The notes beneath the pieces were generated by a model that made no database searches, was not told the origin of the DNA, and saw only the letters and a list, made by a program, of their open reading frames with translations. DNA of 64,000 bases, taken from a virus. Of this stretch, positions 56,101 through 64,000 are shown in pieces. Position 1 is the first letter of the stretch; the number at the start of each line of letters is the position of its first letter. Where the stretch lies: the IMG/VR virus record IMGVR_UViG_3300032087_004763, positions 32,001 through 96,000 of that record; one strand, given 5' to 3'. Made by a program: the position numbers and the translations under genes.

Positions 56101-58180
56101 CATTTTGTCTAACAACTAAACCATTTTTGTTCTCTGCAGCATTCATGATTTGGAATGTATTAGAGAGAACCTTTAGATTACCAGTACCCTGATCATTAAT
56201 ATAACTATTAGACCCATCATGATAAATTTTAAGATCTGAATCAGCACCAAACGTTGCCATTACGTTATCACTAAAATTCAAATTACCAGATGTTTTAGCG
56301 TCTTCTACATTACTTCTTAAAAATCCACTCGATTGAATATTGTCAAGCGTGTCTGCGTCTAATCCGTTACCGGATCCTTCATCAGCAGTTGTTAATACTC
56401 TATTTCCAGAACTAGTGATAGTTCTATTGAAATCAAACTCAGCATTTGAATGATCGTATGTCAGTGATGGAGTGTCTACAATGTTTGACCCACCCCATGT
56501 AATACCACCGCCATTCAGTGCAGAACTATCTGCTGCACTATCTCCAATGACAATGTTCTTGTCGTTAAGAGTAACGGTTGTAGAGTTAATTGTAGTCTGA
56601 GTTCCTTCAACTTGAAGGTTACCAAGAATCTTAACGGTCCCAGTTGCATCACCGATTGCTGCTGGATCAATGATAAACTCTGCAGGACCTCTTACCTGAT
56701 TAAAGGTTGGATTTGCAGATGAGTCAAGTGGTTGAAAGTGAGCTTTTACTTCTGCAGCTGATGGACCGGTGTATGTAAATGCACCAGTTCCGCTATTATA
56801 TGAAAAACTGCCATCACCGCCTGCATCGGTTGCAGAAAACATTCCACGCACATTAGCCGAGTCAATATCGATTGTACGATTAGCAGCAATTGTTCCACCA
56901 CCAGTAAGACCTTTACCAGCAACTACGGATACGGTTGAGTGATCAATGTGTTCATTGGCTACGAATCCAGATAAATTATCGTGAACTATATCACCGTCTG
57001 TTGTAGTGATCTCTCCTGTAGTAGAATTGTATGTAATACCTGTACCACCGGATATGGCATTCTTTGCATCCGAATCAGCACGGGCAGTCGTGTAATAAAG
57101 GTTACTACCTTCCGATAAATTACTGGTTGACTTTGTGGCTAGTCTTACATCAAATGCACTATCAGCCCTAACAGTGGTATAGTAAAGGTTCGTACCCTCT
57201 GGTAAGTTTGAGGTTGACGCATCTCCCAAGTCACTATCAAAATTTGCCTTAGTGTATACTTGTTCGACATCAAACGTAAATTGACCAGTAGCAGAATTGT
57301 AACTTAAATCACCGCCTGCACTTAACGCCCCACGGATCTCCGAGATTCTATCATCTGAGTCATGGAATGTAGTTGCAAAAGAGTTGCCATCTGCAGTATT
57401 GATCGTAAAGACGCCAGTAGCTGAATCGTATGATGTGCTTGACACACCAGCAACATTAACAGTTCCGGCTGAATCAATCTGACCTCGAGCATTAACTGTG
57501 AGGACTGGAACCTTAGACGCTGATCCATAGACAGCTGAGTCAACTCCGGTGTTTGTGATACTTAATGTATTTGATGCGCTATCGAATGTAAGACCAGTTC
57601 CGCCAAGCGCAGTTTCATCAAGAGCCGTATTGAAATCAGAGTCAAAGTTTGCTTTCGAATAAGTTGCTTCGACGTCAATTGAAAACTCACCTGTAGAACT
57701 ATTGTAGGTAATATCACCAGCACCACTGAAGAAGCTTCTGATCTGACTCTGAGATCCAGATAGATCAAACCCAACTGCGGTACCAATAGAATCTGTAACA
57801 GAGAAAGTACCTGACTGATCTTTGATTGCAAGACCGCCAAGGTTCAGAGTACTACCACTTAGATATAAGTCCCTCCATTTTGCTGCAGCGGATCCGAGGT
57901 CATACGTGCTATCAGCCGATGGAATAAGGCTACTTGATATGGTGGTAAAGACTGGTGATGACGTATTTACGAATTTTTGTGACGATGAATCAAACTGAAT
58001 GAAGTCGTTATTTGAGGCGCCTGATATTACTACATCGCTAAGACCATCAAATGAAGATCCGGCTTGCACAACAGATCGAATCGGCGTTCCAACCGTAATA
58101 CTTTTGACAATAGTTGTTCTGTCTGTAGAGGTGACCTTGACCGATCCAATCGTTCTTCCAGATAAGGTAATCTTTGACAT
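53150..58180 (-). CDS. Long tail fibre protein (1676 aa)
   Basis: EGxNLYYT repeats, DLxIYHxG...LETT..GVTVTG repeats, about 27 DSx motifs. Confidence 0.85.
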   Translation of the reverse strand: MSKITLSGRTIGSVKVTSTDRTTIVKSITVGTPIRSVVQAGSSFDGLSDVVISGASNNDFIQFDSSSQKFVNTSSPVFTTISSSLIPSADSTYDLGSAAAKWRDLYLSGSTLNLGGLAIKDQSGTFSVTDSIGTAVGFDLSGSQSQIRSFFSGAGDITYNSSTGEFSIDVEATYSKANFDSDFNTALDETALGGTGLTFDSASNTLSITNTGVDSAVYGSASKVPVLTVNARGQIDSAGTVNVAGVSSTSYDSATGVFTINTADGNSFATTFHDSDDRISEIRGALSAGGDLSYNSATGQFTFDVEQVYTKANFDSDLGDASTSNLPEGTNLYYTTVRADSAFDVRLATKSTSNLSEGSNLYYTTARADSDAKNAISGGTGITYNSTTGEITTTDGDIVHDNLSGFVANEHIDHSTVSVVAGKGLTGGGTIAANRTIDIDSANVRGMFSATDAGGDGSFSYNSGTGAFTYTGPSAAEVKAHFQPLDSSANPTFNQVRGPAEFIIDPAAIGDATGTVKILGNLQVEGTQTTINSTTVTLNDKNIVIGDSAADSSALNGGGITWGGSNIVDTPSLTYDHSNAEFDFNRTITSSGNRVLTTADEGSGNGLDADTLDNIQSSGFLRSNVEDAKTSGNLNFSDNVMATFGADSDLKIYHDGSNSYINDQGTGNLKVLSNTFQIMNAAENKNGLVVRQNAEAELYYNGVERFATTEGGVNVVGSLVADSATVTNLTLPDDGLINLGDNNDLRLDHTGSVSRIRSYTGELQITQNANDQDVSIRTDDGTGSTALYFKADGSEGKVRLYYYGTEKLTTESDGVTVTGSLIADSISLADNARIKLGDANDLQIYHNGSHSYIDEGGTGSLIFKTSQILFKNPADNEQMASFTANGDVKLRYDNVTRLETTEGGVTVTGSLVADSINLGDLNRLTFGAGEDLKIYHNNSSNINFIDGTGSTIIRGNWLYLRKSGSTENFLICKGDGAVEVYHDNSKKLETTAYGATVTGSLVSDSVSTGPLNLTGIVTQTTTSSTSNLTGTWRYERTPGQTNIELRPNAAYTGWHPNILMRSQQSGTAMYMLTNGNRVGIGQYDAGTGGTPRDMSAMITFQPSADSTPRLDIGDAGSVNGELGIGGNVILGDSLGFSTSELIQSTAAIELSGGVTYDPAGGGPDTANDVGIALTTGTRIIGADNGYIRTLLEWNQSNALEIGQSGTALINHTKIFGGTNGVELYESTAKKLETTPYGVTVTGTVNADSATISGNLTVDTNTLVVDAANNKVGINVASPQRSFHIVDQNVGVATTYGVAVVEATDAQFDLVSSSDGTWGSSINFVEGASTSANTDVWSIARKTTGGAGDGSLHFNFGTVNQHNNSNKMILSNSGDLTVVNDLTVDTNTLHVDAANNRVGIGLTAPTSPLTIKSSSVSSTSSGLSIQANSSTNDIVRIAEKSTNGGRFHMYDSGVEKIAFYTDGTDNHISAGNLGLGTTSPTEKFEVYPDTDISAVIGRAHIGYMGFSDIAGFSHVDKNSTNDYALIQNGSGQVWLNASSGQNMNFRINNGQKMTLSGSSFDIDVPVTIGAFGSYTLDGDSAEVASVSQTSIAEFAHASYCGAKFIVTASQGTKRQISELLVTHDGTTAVATEYGTITTDSDLATYDVDISGSDVRLLATGTSATSTRYKVVETLIEA

Positions 58181-58188
58181 GATCTACC

Positions 58189-58542
58189 TCACTTAGTTAC
58201 AGAAGGACTGACTTGGATTCTACCTTCTAAAATCCTTTCTCTGATAGTTGTCGCACTTGAATCTAGATAAGATATCTCTACATCATAAACATATCGACCT
58301 GCTTTTAATGCATCAGTTTGAGTGTTTGTTAGACTCAAAGAAATAATGCCGTCCGTCGGAGGACTTGCAACAATTGCAGTGAATGCAGTTGTGTCAGAAT
58401 CGCCGCTATTGTAGTTCTTCTTCATCTTAGCTGCGACTGAATGATCGGTCAGATTTTTCTTTGCACCTTGAGTGTCGACGCATTCTAATTGTATAGTGAC
58501 GTCTGCACCCTGATCTATGGTGAATTCTTCGTAAGTGGCCAT
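58189..58542 (-). CDS. BppU-like baseplate/fibre-attachment protein
   Basis: Start MATYEEFTIDQGAD; GRYVYDVEI; RILEG. Confidence 0.8.
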   Translation of the reverse strand: MATYEEFTIDQGADVTIQLECVDTQGAKKNLTDHSVAAKMKKNYNSGDSDTTAFTAIVASPPTDGIISLSLTNTQTDALKAGRYVYDVEISYLDSSATTIRERILEGRIQVSPSVTK

Positions 58543-58587
58543 GAAATACCTCGGTGATTTCTTTGTCGGACTTTCGCCCCTGCCTTG

Positions 58588-58615
58588 GATAAATAGACAA
58601 TATAGTTTATTTATA
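58588..58615. promoter_or_regulatory. Overlapping face-to-face late promoters
   Basis: + strand GATAAATA at 58588-58595; - strand TATAAATA at 58608-58615. Confidence 0.55.
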
Positions 58616-58642
58616 ATACTTTGTTTTAGAACGGAGAAATTT

Positions 58643-58927
58643 ATGGCAAGATATATTGTCACATCAAAAGTCATTGGTGATCCAACAACAAATCCTAAAT
58701 TAAGTACCTTTAGTAACGGTCAAGCAACTACTATACTAGGAGAATATGTCGCTGCTGGAAAATTAGAGGTCTTATTTGACACAATTAGTGGTAATGAAAG
58801 AACGATCTCGCTGGCATTTAAGAATAAAACTACTTGCACTGAAGTAAGATCGAAGCTCAAAGCACTTGGCGATTTTCGTAGAACTGATGTCAACTGGGAG
58901 ATTCTCAGTGAAGGATTTGAAAGTTAA
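58643..58927 (+). CDS. Hypothetical protein (94 aa), first gene of inverted operon
   Basis: GGAG SD; start MARYIVTS; TAATG coupling. Confidence 0.75.
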   Translation: MARYIVTSKVIGDPTTNPKLSTFSNGQATTILGEYVAAGKLEVLFDTISGNERTISLAFKNKTTCTEVRSKLKALGDFRRTDVNWEILSEGFES

Positions 58928-59478
58928 TGGAATACTATAAGACTCGCCTTCCTTACAATCAGGAAGAGTTGCAGAATCTATTTGATGAGATAGATGAGCA
59001 ACTGGAGTACATTTACTATGGTAGGAGTAAGAAATCTGGTTTGTTCCAGGGTATTATTCCTGAGTGCGAGATAACTAAAAATATCATGGATGACATTGAA
59101 GGGTCATTACATTGTTCATTTATAAAAGTAAATCCTGGGTGTGATTTGAAAGCGCATACTGATACAAGAGGAGTTGGAATCAACTATCCTGTCCGTGTAC
59201 CCGAGGGAAGCTACAATATACAATACGACGCCGAAGCCGAAGGAACAAGAATCCGCCAAGCTTACATGGGAAGAAGCAAGGAGTCAACAGCACAACTTTT
59301 TCTCAAAGCAAAAGAGATCTCAAGGTTTTATCTTGACCAGCCAACGGTGTTAAATACACATGTTCCTCATGGAGTCACGGGTGGTGATACACAACGAGTC
59401 GTATTGAGTGTTTCAATGAAGCCCGAGTACGATGAGTTTAATGATGTAGTTGAGAGGTTACAGGCAAGTGGATTCTAA
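58927..59478 (+). CDS. 2OG-Fe(II)/AspH-like double-stranded beta-helix oxygenase
   Basis: AHTD (HxD), LNTHVPHGV, RVVLS. Confidence 0.7.
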   Translation: MEYYKTRLPYNQEELQNLFDEIDEQLEYIYYGRSKKSGLFQGIIPECEITKNIMDDIEGSLHCSFIKVNPGCDLKAHTDTRGVGINYPVRVPEGSYNIQYDAEAEGTRIRQAYMGRSKESTAQLFLKAKEISRFYLDQPTVLNTHVPHGVTGGDTQRVVLSVSMKPEYDEFNDVVERLQASGF

Positions 59479-60139
59479 AACACAACAACTAATCGTATTT
59501 TATTCAGTGCAAGTGTTAGCACTCTTTGCACTCGTATCTTTGCAACCAAACTTTATTCTTCTGTTCTTTGGTTGGATCACATTCTGTGGTCTTGCATCTG
59601 CAGTCATTATGCATCGAGGCCTAGCACATCGAACATTTAAAGTAAGTCCGTGGATGACGATACTATCATGTCTTGCGGTACAGGGTTCTCCGTTATGGTG
59701 GATTGCAATTCATCGCAGACATCATGATCACACTGATGGAGACCTCGATGTACATTCACCTAATCACGGAATATTCCATAGCTATATCGGATGGTTACAC
59801 AAGGACGTAAAGATTAATCCACGATATATCAAAGACTATCTAAGAGATTCGACCACTAAAAAAATTGACAAATACTATGTACATATCGTCGCGTTTATGT
59901 TATTATTGTGTTTAGTGTTCCCATCCCTTATTTGGTTCTGGTTAGTTCCTGCAGCCTGGAGTTTCCATCAGGAAGCGATAGTTAACCTGTTCTGTCACTA
60001 CAAAAAGATTCGTAATATCGAGTGGCTGGGTCTTCTCACATGGGGTCAGGCAATCCATAAAAATCATCATGACAAGCAAAACACGTTTCTCTTTGGTAAG
60101 AATGATCCATGCAAAATTTTTACGTGGTTGACAAACTAG
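59468..60139 (+). CDS. Membrane fatty-acid (delta-9-like) desaturase
   Basis: His boxes HRGLAH, HRRHH, HKNHH; DVHSP; TM segments. Confidence 0.92.
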   Translation: MDSKTQQLIVFYSVQVLALFALVSLQPNFILLFFGWITFCGLASAVIMHRGLAHRTFKVSPWMTILSCLAVQGSPLWWIAIHRRHHDHTDGDLDVHSPNHGIFHSYIGWLHKDVKINPRYIKDYLRDSTTKKIDKYYVHIVAFMLLLCLVFPSLIWFWLVPAAWSFHQEAIVNLFCHYKKIRNIEWLGLLTWGQAIHKNHHDKQNTFLFGKNDPCKIFTWLTN

Positions 60140-60609
60140 AACTCCCACTATGGCAAAAAGAGTTTGATGACTTCATTCAGTATCAGCAAGAGAGCGGCCA
60201 CCGACTTGCGAAGAACTATCGATATGATTACTTACAAAGGTCTGATGAGTTAACAATACTTGTAGATGACGACGACCGCATCGCTGGTCTCGCCTGCATG
60301 CTAAAATGGAATGATGTTGCGACCCGAGTAATGTATCGCTGGGCGAGAGACCGAAGAATTGAAAGAACTGACCACGTGTATGGCGATCTATCAAAAGCTA
60401 TATTATCACATCAGCTTCCACTTGTAAACACTCCTTATGCATTTATTGGCCTCGATGGTAATCGTAAAAGGACAAATAAGAAGTGGGCGGATGCTGCAGG
60501 TTGGCAGGTAACAGAGGGAAGAGTACTACCCAAACATCATCAGCATATAGCTTATATTAAACTCAAGGAGACAGATGAACCATTCGCCTGTGAAAGAGCT
60601 TGGCCTTAG
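60109..60609 (+). CDS. Hypothetical protein, GNAT-like fold possible
   Basis: ILVDDDDRIAGLAC..RVMYRW pattern; weak. Confidence 0.45.
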   Translation: MQNFYVVDKLELPLWQKEFDDFIQYQQESGHRLAKNYRYDYLQRSDELTILVDDDDRIAGLACMLKWNDVATRVMYRWARDRRIERTDHVYGDLSKAILSHQLPLVNTPYAFIGLDGNRKRTNKKWADAAGWQVTEGRVLPKHHQHIAYIKLKETDEPFACERAWP

Positions 60610-61015
60610 ATTAATTAATCCACCACCAGCAATCAACTGGAAACGATTTAGATATGAATCTTATGCCTGGGACATTATACGATATCCTACCAACTATCCT
60701 ACTCTCAATGTAAAAAGATATAGACAACATATTGGTATAAGTATTCCAGAGCATAAGGATACAATTGAGTATTGTTCATATAACTGGAAGATTTTAGGTG
60801 ATGAACCAATCGTAATTGATGGTAAAGAATATCACTATGAGTCTGCTTTAGTAGATGTATCACGGCCGCACTCAGTACCGGCGTCAGGTAAGACAAGAGA
60901 GATATTTCGAATATCCTCGGTATCAAAATCCTATGAAGAGATATTAGAGCAACTAAGCTATTTTAAATATGGACAGGAAGTAACATACGAAGAGATGCTT
61001 GAGGCGATGGCATGA
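60575..61015 (+). CDS. 2OG-Fe(II)/AspH-like oxygenase
   Basis: PEHKD, VDVSRPHSV, REIFRIS. Confidence 0.65.
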   Translation: MNHSPVKELGLRLINPPPAINWKRFRYESYAWDIIRYPTNYPTLNVKRYRQHIGISIPEHKDTIEYCSYNWKILGDEPIVIDGKEYHYESALVDVSRPHSVPASGKTREIFRISSVSKSYEEILEQLSYFKYGQEVTYEEMLEAMA

Positions 61016-61476
61016 TTATCGAATTGTTAGAAACCGATCAAGAGATTGATTTAGAATATCTAAGACTTGAATATAAGCATGCGCCAAAGGTAGTAAAGAA
61101 TAATCGTGCGGGTGTTAATCTCAAAGCAGTTGAGGGTGTTGATCCGCTCGAGGCGATGTATGACATCAACGTAGGTGAATATGAGTGGCTCATTAGCGGT
61201 TACACTAAGGAACTAATAGAGTCACTCGGAGAGTTTACTAGATGTAGGTATCTCTCTATTGGACCACAGTTTTGTATGAAGATCCATTCAGATTACAAAG
61301 AGAGATACCATATTCCCATACACACAAACGAATATTGTGGATTTTTTGATAAACATCTAAACACATATAAGATGGAAGTGGGTAAGCTATATCGCCTCAA
61401 CGCTACACACCCGCACTCGGCATTCAATATCGATAGGAATGAATGGAGAACTCATCTCATCCTAGAAAAAGCTTGA
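61012..61476 (+). CDS. Aspartyl/asparaginyl beta-hydroxylase-family protein
   Basis: RCRYL, IHSD, RYHIPIHTN, HPHSAFN, RTHLI. Confidence 0.8.
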   Translation: MIIELLETDQEIDLEYLRLEYKHAPKVVKNNRAGVNLKAVEGVDPLEAMYDINVGEYEWLISGYTKELIESLGEFTRCRYLSIGPQFCMKIHSDYKERYHIPIHTNEYCGFFDKHLNTYKMEVGKLYRLNATHPHSAFNIDRNEWRTHLILEKA

Positions 61477-62157
61477 GTAATGTCTCCAACTATCAGGCCT
61501 ATTCATCATATGAGTGAAATGAACGTATTTAATATCTGGATGAAACTCATCTAAAAATATATAATCATTTCCGGTAACATCGATGTATTGATTTGTGATT
61601 TTACTTTGCCATCTAGCATAGTCAAAAGAATCCATTTGCTCATTACTCATCCATCTTGTAAACCACGCATTTGGCATTAGTTTTAGTTTTAGGTTTTTCT
61701 TTACGTGGTCTTCTACAAAGAACTGCTCACCATTTACAGGGCCTTTTGTAGTACCGTTTTCAATATAGTGCCTTTGCCACTTGTCAGTATTCGACATAAA
61801 CTCATCATAGATATATCGGCAGTCTTGAGGATAGTATTTAAAAAAACCGCCATTGATTTTATAATCGGGAGTTGAATCTCTCCACCATCCTGGCATAGCA
61901 ACAAACTCACCACGTTCGATAGGATATTCAAATATCTTCTTGTAGTCATTCACCAAAAGCACATCGATATCCATAACACAGATTGGTTCATCAATATCGA
62001 GTGACATACCGTACATCTTATTCCATTGTAAGATTACATCATCACGTATCGGTTCGCGAATCCAAATAAACTCATATTCAGGTAGTTTAGATTCTAGATA
62101 AGTTTCGTACTCAGGCCCATATCGATCACCGATTCTAACTGCTACTATCTTCATCAA
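61462..62157 (-). CDS. Nucleotide-diphospho-sugar transferase (GT-A, GT8-like)
   Basis: WNKM, MDIDVLL (DxD), INGG, GEQ, VHFT. Confidence 0.7.
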   Translation of the reverse strand: MMKIVAVRIGDRYGPEYETYLESKLPEYEFIWIREPIRDDVILQWNKMYGMSLDIDEPICVMDIDVLLVNDYKKIFEYPIERGEFVAMPGWWRDSTPDYKINGGFFKYYPQDCRYIYDEFMSNTDKWQRHYIENGTTKGPVNGEQFFVEDHVKKNLKLKLMPNAWFTRWMSNEQMDSFDYARWQSKITNQYIDVTGNDYIFLDEFHPDIKYVHFTHMMNRPDSWRHYSSFF

Positions 62158-63209
62158 CTTACTGCTATAATACCTTCGTCATTTTTCATAGAGCATATTC
62201 TTTTACACTTACTCATTGCTGTAGATTTATCTTCTAATGATTCAAAGAGTAAATAAGAAAACCATTCGCTATTTACTATTTCCTTTAATGATTTGTCTTT
62301 TAGCATAAAGTTTCCATTAAGAAAAGACTTCCATATTCCTGTTGGTTCTACTTCACTGTGTGACCCAAGGTAACAGCATGGATAGACTTGCGTGGTATTT
62401 AATATTTGTAAAGAACCTGCTTCAGCTTTTACACAAGTAATATAATCATAGTCTTCAGCTAAATGTACAGTCCTGTGATCCCTAGTTCTTCTTCTTAGTG
62501 CTTTGGGGTCTCTTCTAAATCTAGGATTAGTAGACTGTTCTAAACTCTCGAGCTCGCCATTTTCATTCTTAAATTCCCATATTGGCCCCTGTTTAAACCT
62601 ATTCGATTCTATAGGAAGTACATCAAAGCATCCATAGTCATTAACCATTTTTACAATGTCGTCAAAATATTTTTCATTGTGTTTGAATATGATCGTTAAA
62701 ACTGTAACTCTAGCTCCACTTAATGCAAAGGACTGTAAATTGTTTAAAACTTTTTTTAAATCAGTTCCTCTTCTATATTTTTCATGCATTTCTTGATTAA
62801 TACCATCAACGTCAAAAGTCACTTTTAATCTATCTGAATCAATACTCCCTAGTTTATACCACCAGTCTTCATCACGCATACTACCATTACTATTCATTGA
62901 AACTGTAGTCAACGAAGAACTTTGAAAGATATATTCAACTATTTCGAGTATATCTTTGCACATCCCTGGATCACCATACGTACCAGAGAAGTGAATATTT
63001 TTGATATGATTTAGATCCTCGACACTAAAATATGATTTAAAATCGTCAATACTCCATGAGTTGATTTCAAACGGTCTCTTAGTAGATTTCCCTAATGTTC
63101 CCCACCTATCAGTCCTGAGACATTGAGGGCATTTAGCATTACAATATGTAGTTGCCTCAACAATGAGAGATAAAGATTTATTTTCGTATGCTTCTGCCCA
63201 AGTCTTCAT
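62154..63209 (-). CDS. Radical SAM enzyme with SPASM/twitch domain
   Basis: CNAKCPQC, GTYGDP, NSNG, YPCC, CKRIC. Confidence 0.9.
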   Translation of the reverse strand: MKTWAEAYENKSLSLIVEATTYCNAKCPQCLRTDRWGTLGKSTKRPFEINSWSIDDFKSYFSVEDLNHIKNIHFSGTYGDPGMCKDILEIVEYIFQSSSLTTVSMNSNGSMRDEDWWYKLGSIDSDRLKVTFDVDGINQEMHEKYRRGTDLKKVLNNLQSFALSGARVTVLTIIFKHNEKYFDDIVKMVNDYGCFDVLPIESNRFKQGPIWEFKNENGELESLEQSTNPRFRRDPKALRRRTRDHRTVHLAEDYDYITCVKAEAGSLQILNTTQVYPCCYLGSHSEVEPTGIWKSFLNGNFMLKDKSLKEIVNSEWFSYLLFESLEDKSTAMSKCKRICSMKNDEGIIAVS

Positions 63210-63766
63210 TTACCTACTACCATGAATCGATTAAATTTTTCTAATTTCAATTCACCAGCATAGTGTATATCAATAAAGTCCAGTTCGTCTAAAAAATCAT
63301 CTAAACTATTTTTACAATTAATGTGTTCATCAATCTCAAAGTAGTTATTTGATTGTAATGTAATCCAGCTTCTATGTTCATTTATTTCCAATATTTTATT
63401 TATGTAATCCTGTTCTACATGCTCACAGCTGGTACATATAACAGAATTAAATAAACCATTTTTCTTCCTAAAGTAGTCTAACATATCATCAGTAGCAAAC
63501 TCAACATCAGGATATAGAATCTTTCCATATTTTTTACAGCCTGGATCTATATCAACAGATCTGGCGTTTCCTAATTTATTCGCTAGATTACCATACCAAC
63601 CACCGAGTATCAAATGATGATCGGCTTCATTTGGAATATGTTCTACCAACCACTCCTTACTTTTCTCTTGGTTTTCATTAACGCTGTTTATGACATCTAA
63701 GATTCTAAATGGATCATCATAATATGCTTTTTTAATTGCCTTGAAAATATTGTCCAAAATCTTCAC
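63206..63766 (-). CDS. Class I SAM-dependent methyltransferase-like protein
   Basis: ILGGWYG, SVDID, ICTSCEH, LQSNNY. Confidence 0.75.
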   Translation of the reverse strand: MKILDNIFKAIKKAYYDDPFRILDVINSVNENQEKSKEWLVEHIPNEADHHLILGGWYGNLANKLGNARSVDIDPGCKKYGKILYPDVEFATDDMLDYFRKKNGLFNSVICTSCEHVEQDYINKILEINEHRSWITLQSNNYFEIDEHINCKNSLDDFLDELDFIDIHYAGELKLEKFNRFMVVGK

Positions 63767-64000
63767 CGTTATACGTTACAAGAGGGGTTGGTTCTTTCCA
63801 AGGATTTGCATGAGACGACATAATACCATCTTCGAACAAATCATAGTCGATCTTTTCCCAAAATAAAAACCTATCTACACCTTTATACTTTCGCATAAAG
63901 AAGTCTTTATTCTTGAGAAAGTAATCCCATATATGTGATTGATCTCCTTCCCAATACATCATCGATGAGTTAATAATAGTATTGCCACTCCTCCAATAAT
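63732..64000 (-). CDS. Glycosyltransferase-like protein, 3' part (starts beyond window)
   Basis: Frame open to window end: ...INSSMMYW...YKGVDRFL. Confidence 0.5.
   Translation of the reverse strand, partial: YWRSGNTIINSSMMYWEGDQSHIWDYFLKNKDFFMRKYKGVDRFLFWEKIDYDLFEDGIMSSHANPWKEPTPLVTYNGEDFGQYFQGN

Noticed and set aside
1142-58196. Numerous + strand ORFs of 60-175 aa in the track (e.g. 27988..28476, 34453..34974, 47827..48354)
   Set aside because: Antisense shadows of well-supported minus-strand genes, with no protein motifs.
1-64000. Stop-codon reassignment, tRNAs, cyanophage photosynthesis genes
   Set aside because: Core genes are full length in the standard code and end in TAA, TGA and TAG; no cloverleaf or photosynthesis genes seen.

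Overview
A 64-kb segment of a T4-like (Tevenvirinae/Kyanoviridae-style) myovirus genome, probably aquatic and probably infecting a proteobacterium (inference from the ROSE-type hsp20 leader, Prx5 and M15A peptidase). Almost everything is on the minus strand. In coordinate order it contains: (1) the replication/recombination block (gp41, UvsX, an AEP-type primase, gp43, RegA, gp62/44/45, gp46/47, gp55, UvsW, UvsY), interrupted by a ~7-kb nucleotide/DNA hypermodification cluster; (2) the head, tail and neck genes (gp3, 23, 22, 21, 20, 19, 18, 17, 16, 15, 14, 13), with a 6-kb fibre/collagen cassette inserted in the head module; (3) tail-fibre genes and four tandem LamG paralogues; (4) an enzyme-rich region (2OG/AspH-like oxygenases, fatty-acid desaturase, GNAT-like protein, glycosyltransferases, radical SAM-SPASM, methyltransferase). 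Two candidate new systems stand out. The first pairs a cytosine-type (T4 gp42 Asp signature) hydroxymethylase with an amino acid:DNA transferase-like protein, a PLP enzyme, a class II aldolase-like protein and an SGNH-like protein, with no visible hmU kinase; this suggests an undescribed base hypermodification. The second is a marked enrichment of Asp-Ser (DSA/DSD/DSS) motifs in exposed parts of virion proteins, alongside late-expressed glycosyltransferases and hydroxylases; this suggests a phage-encoded virion modification system with its own sequon. All calls come from motif recognition by eye and no database searches were run. No tRNA, rRNA or CRISPR array was seen.
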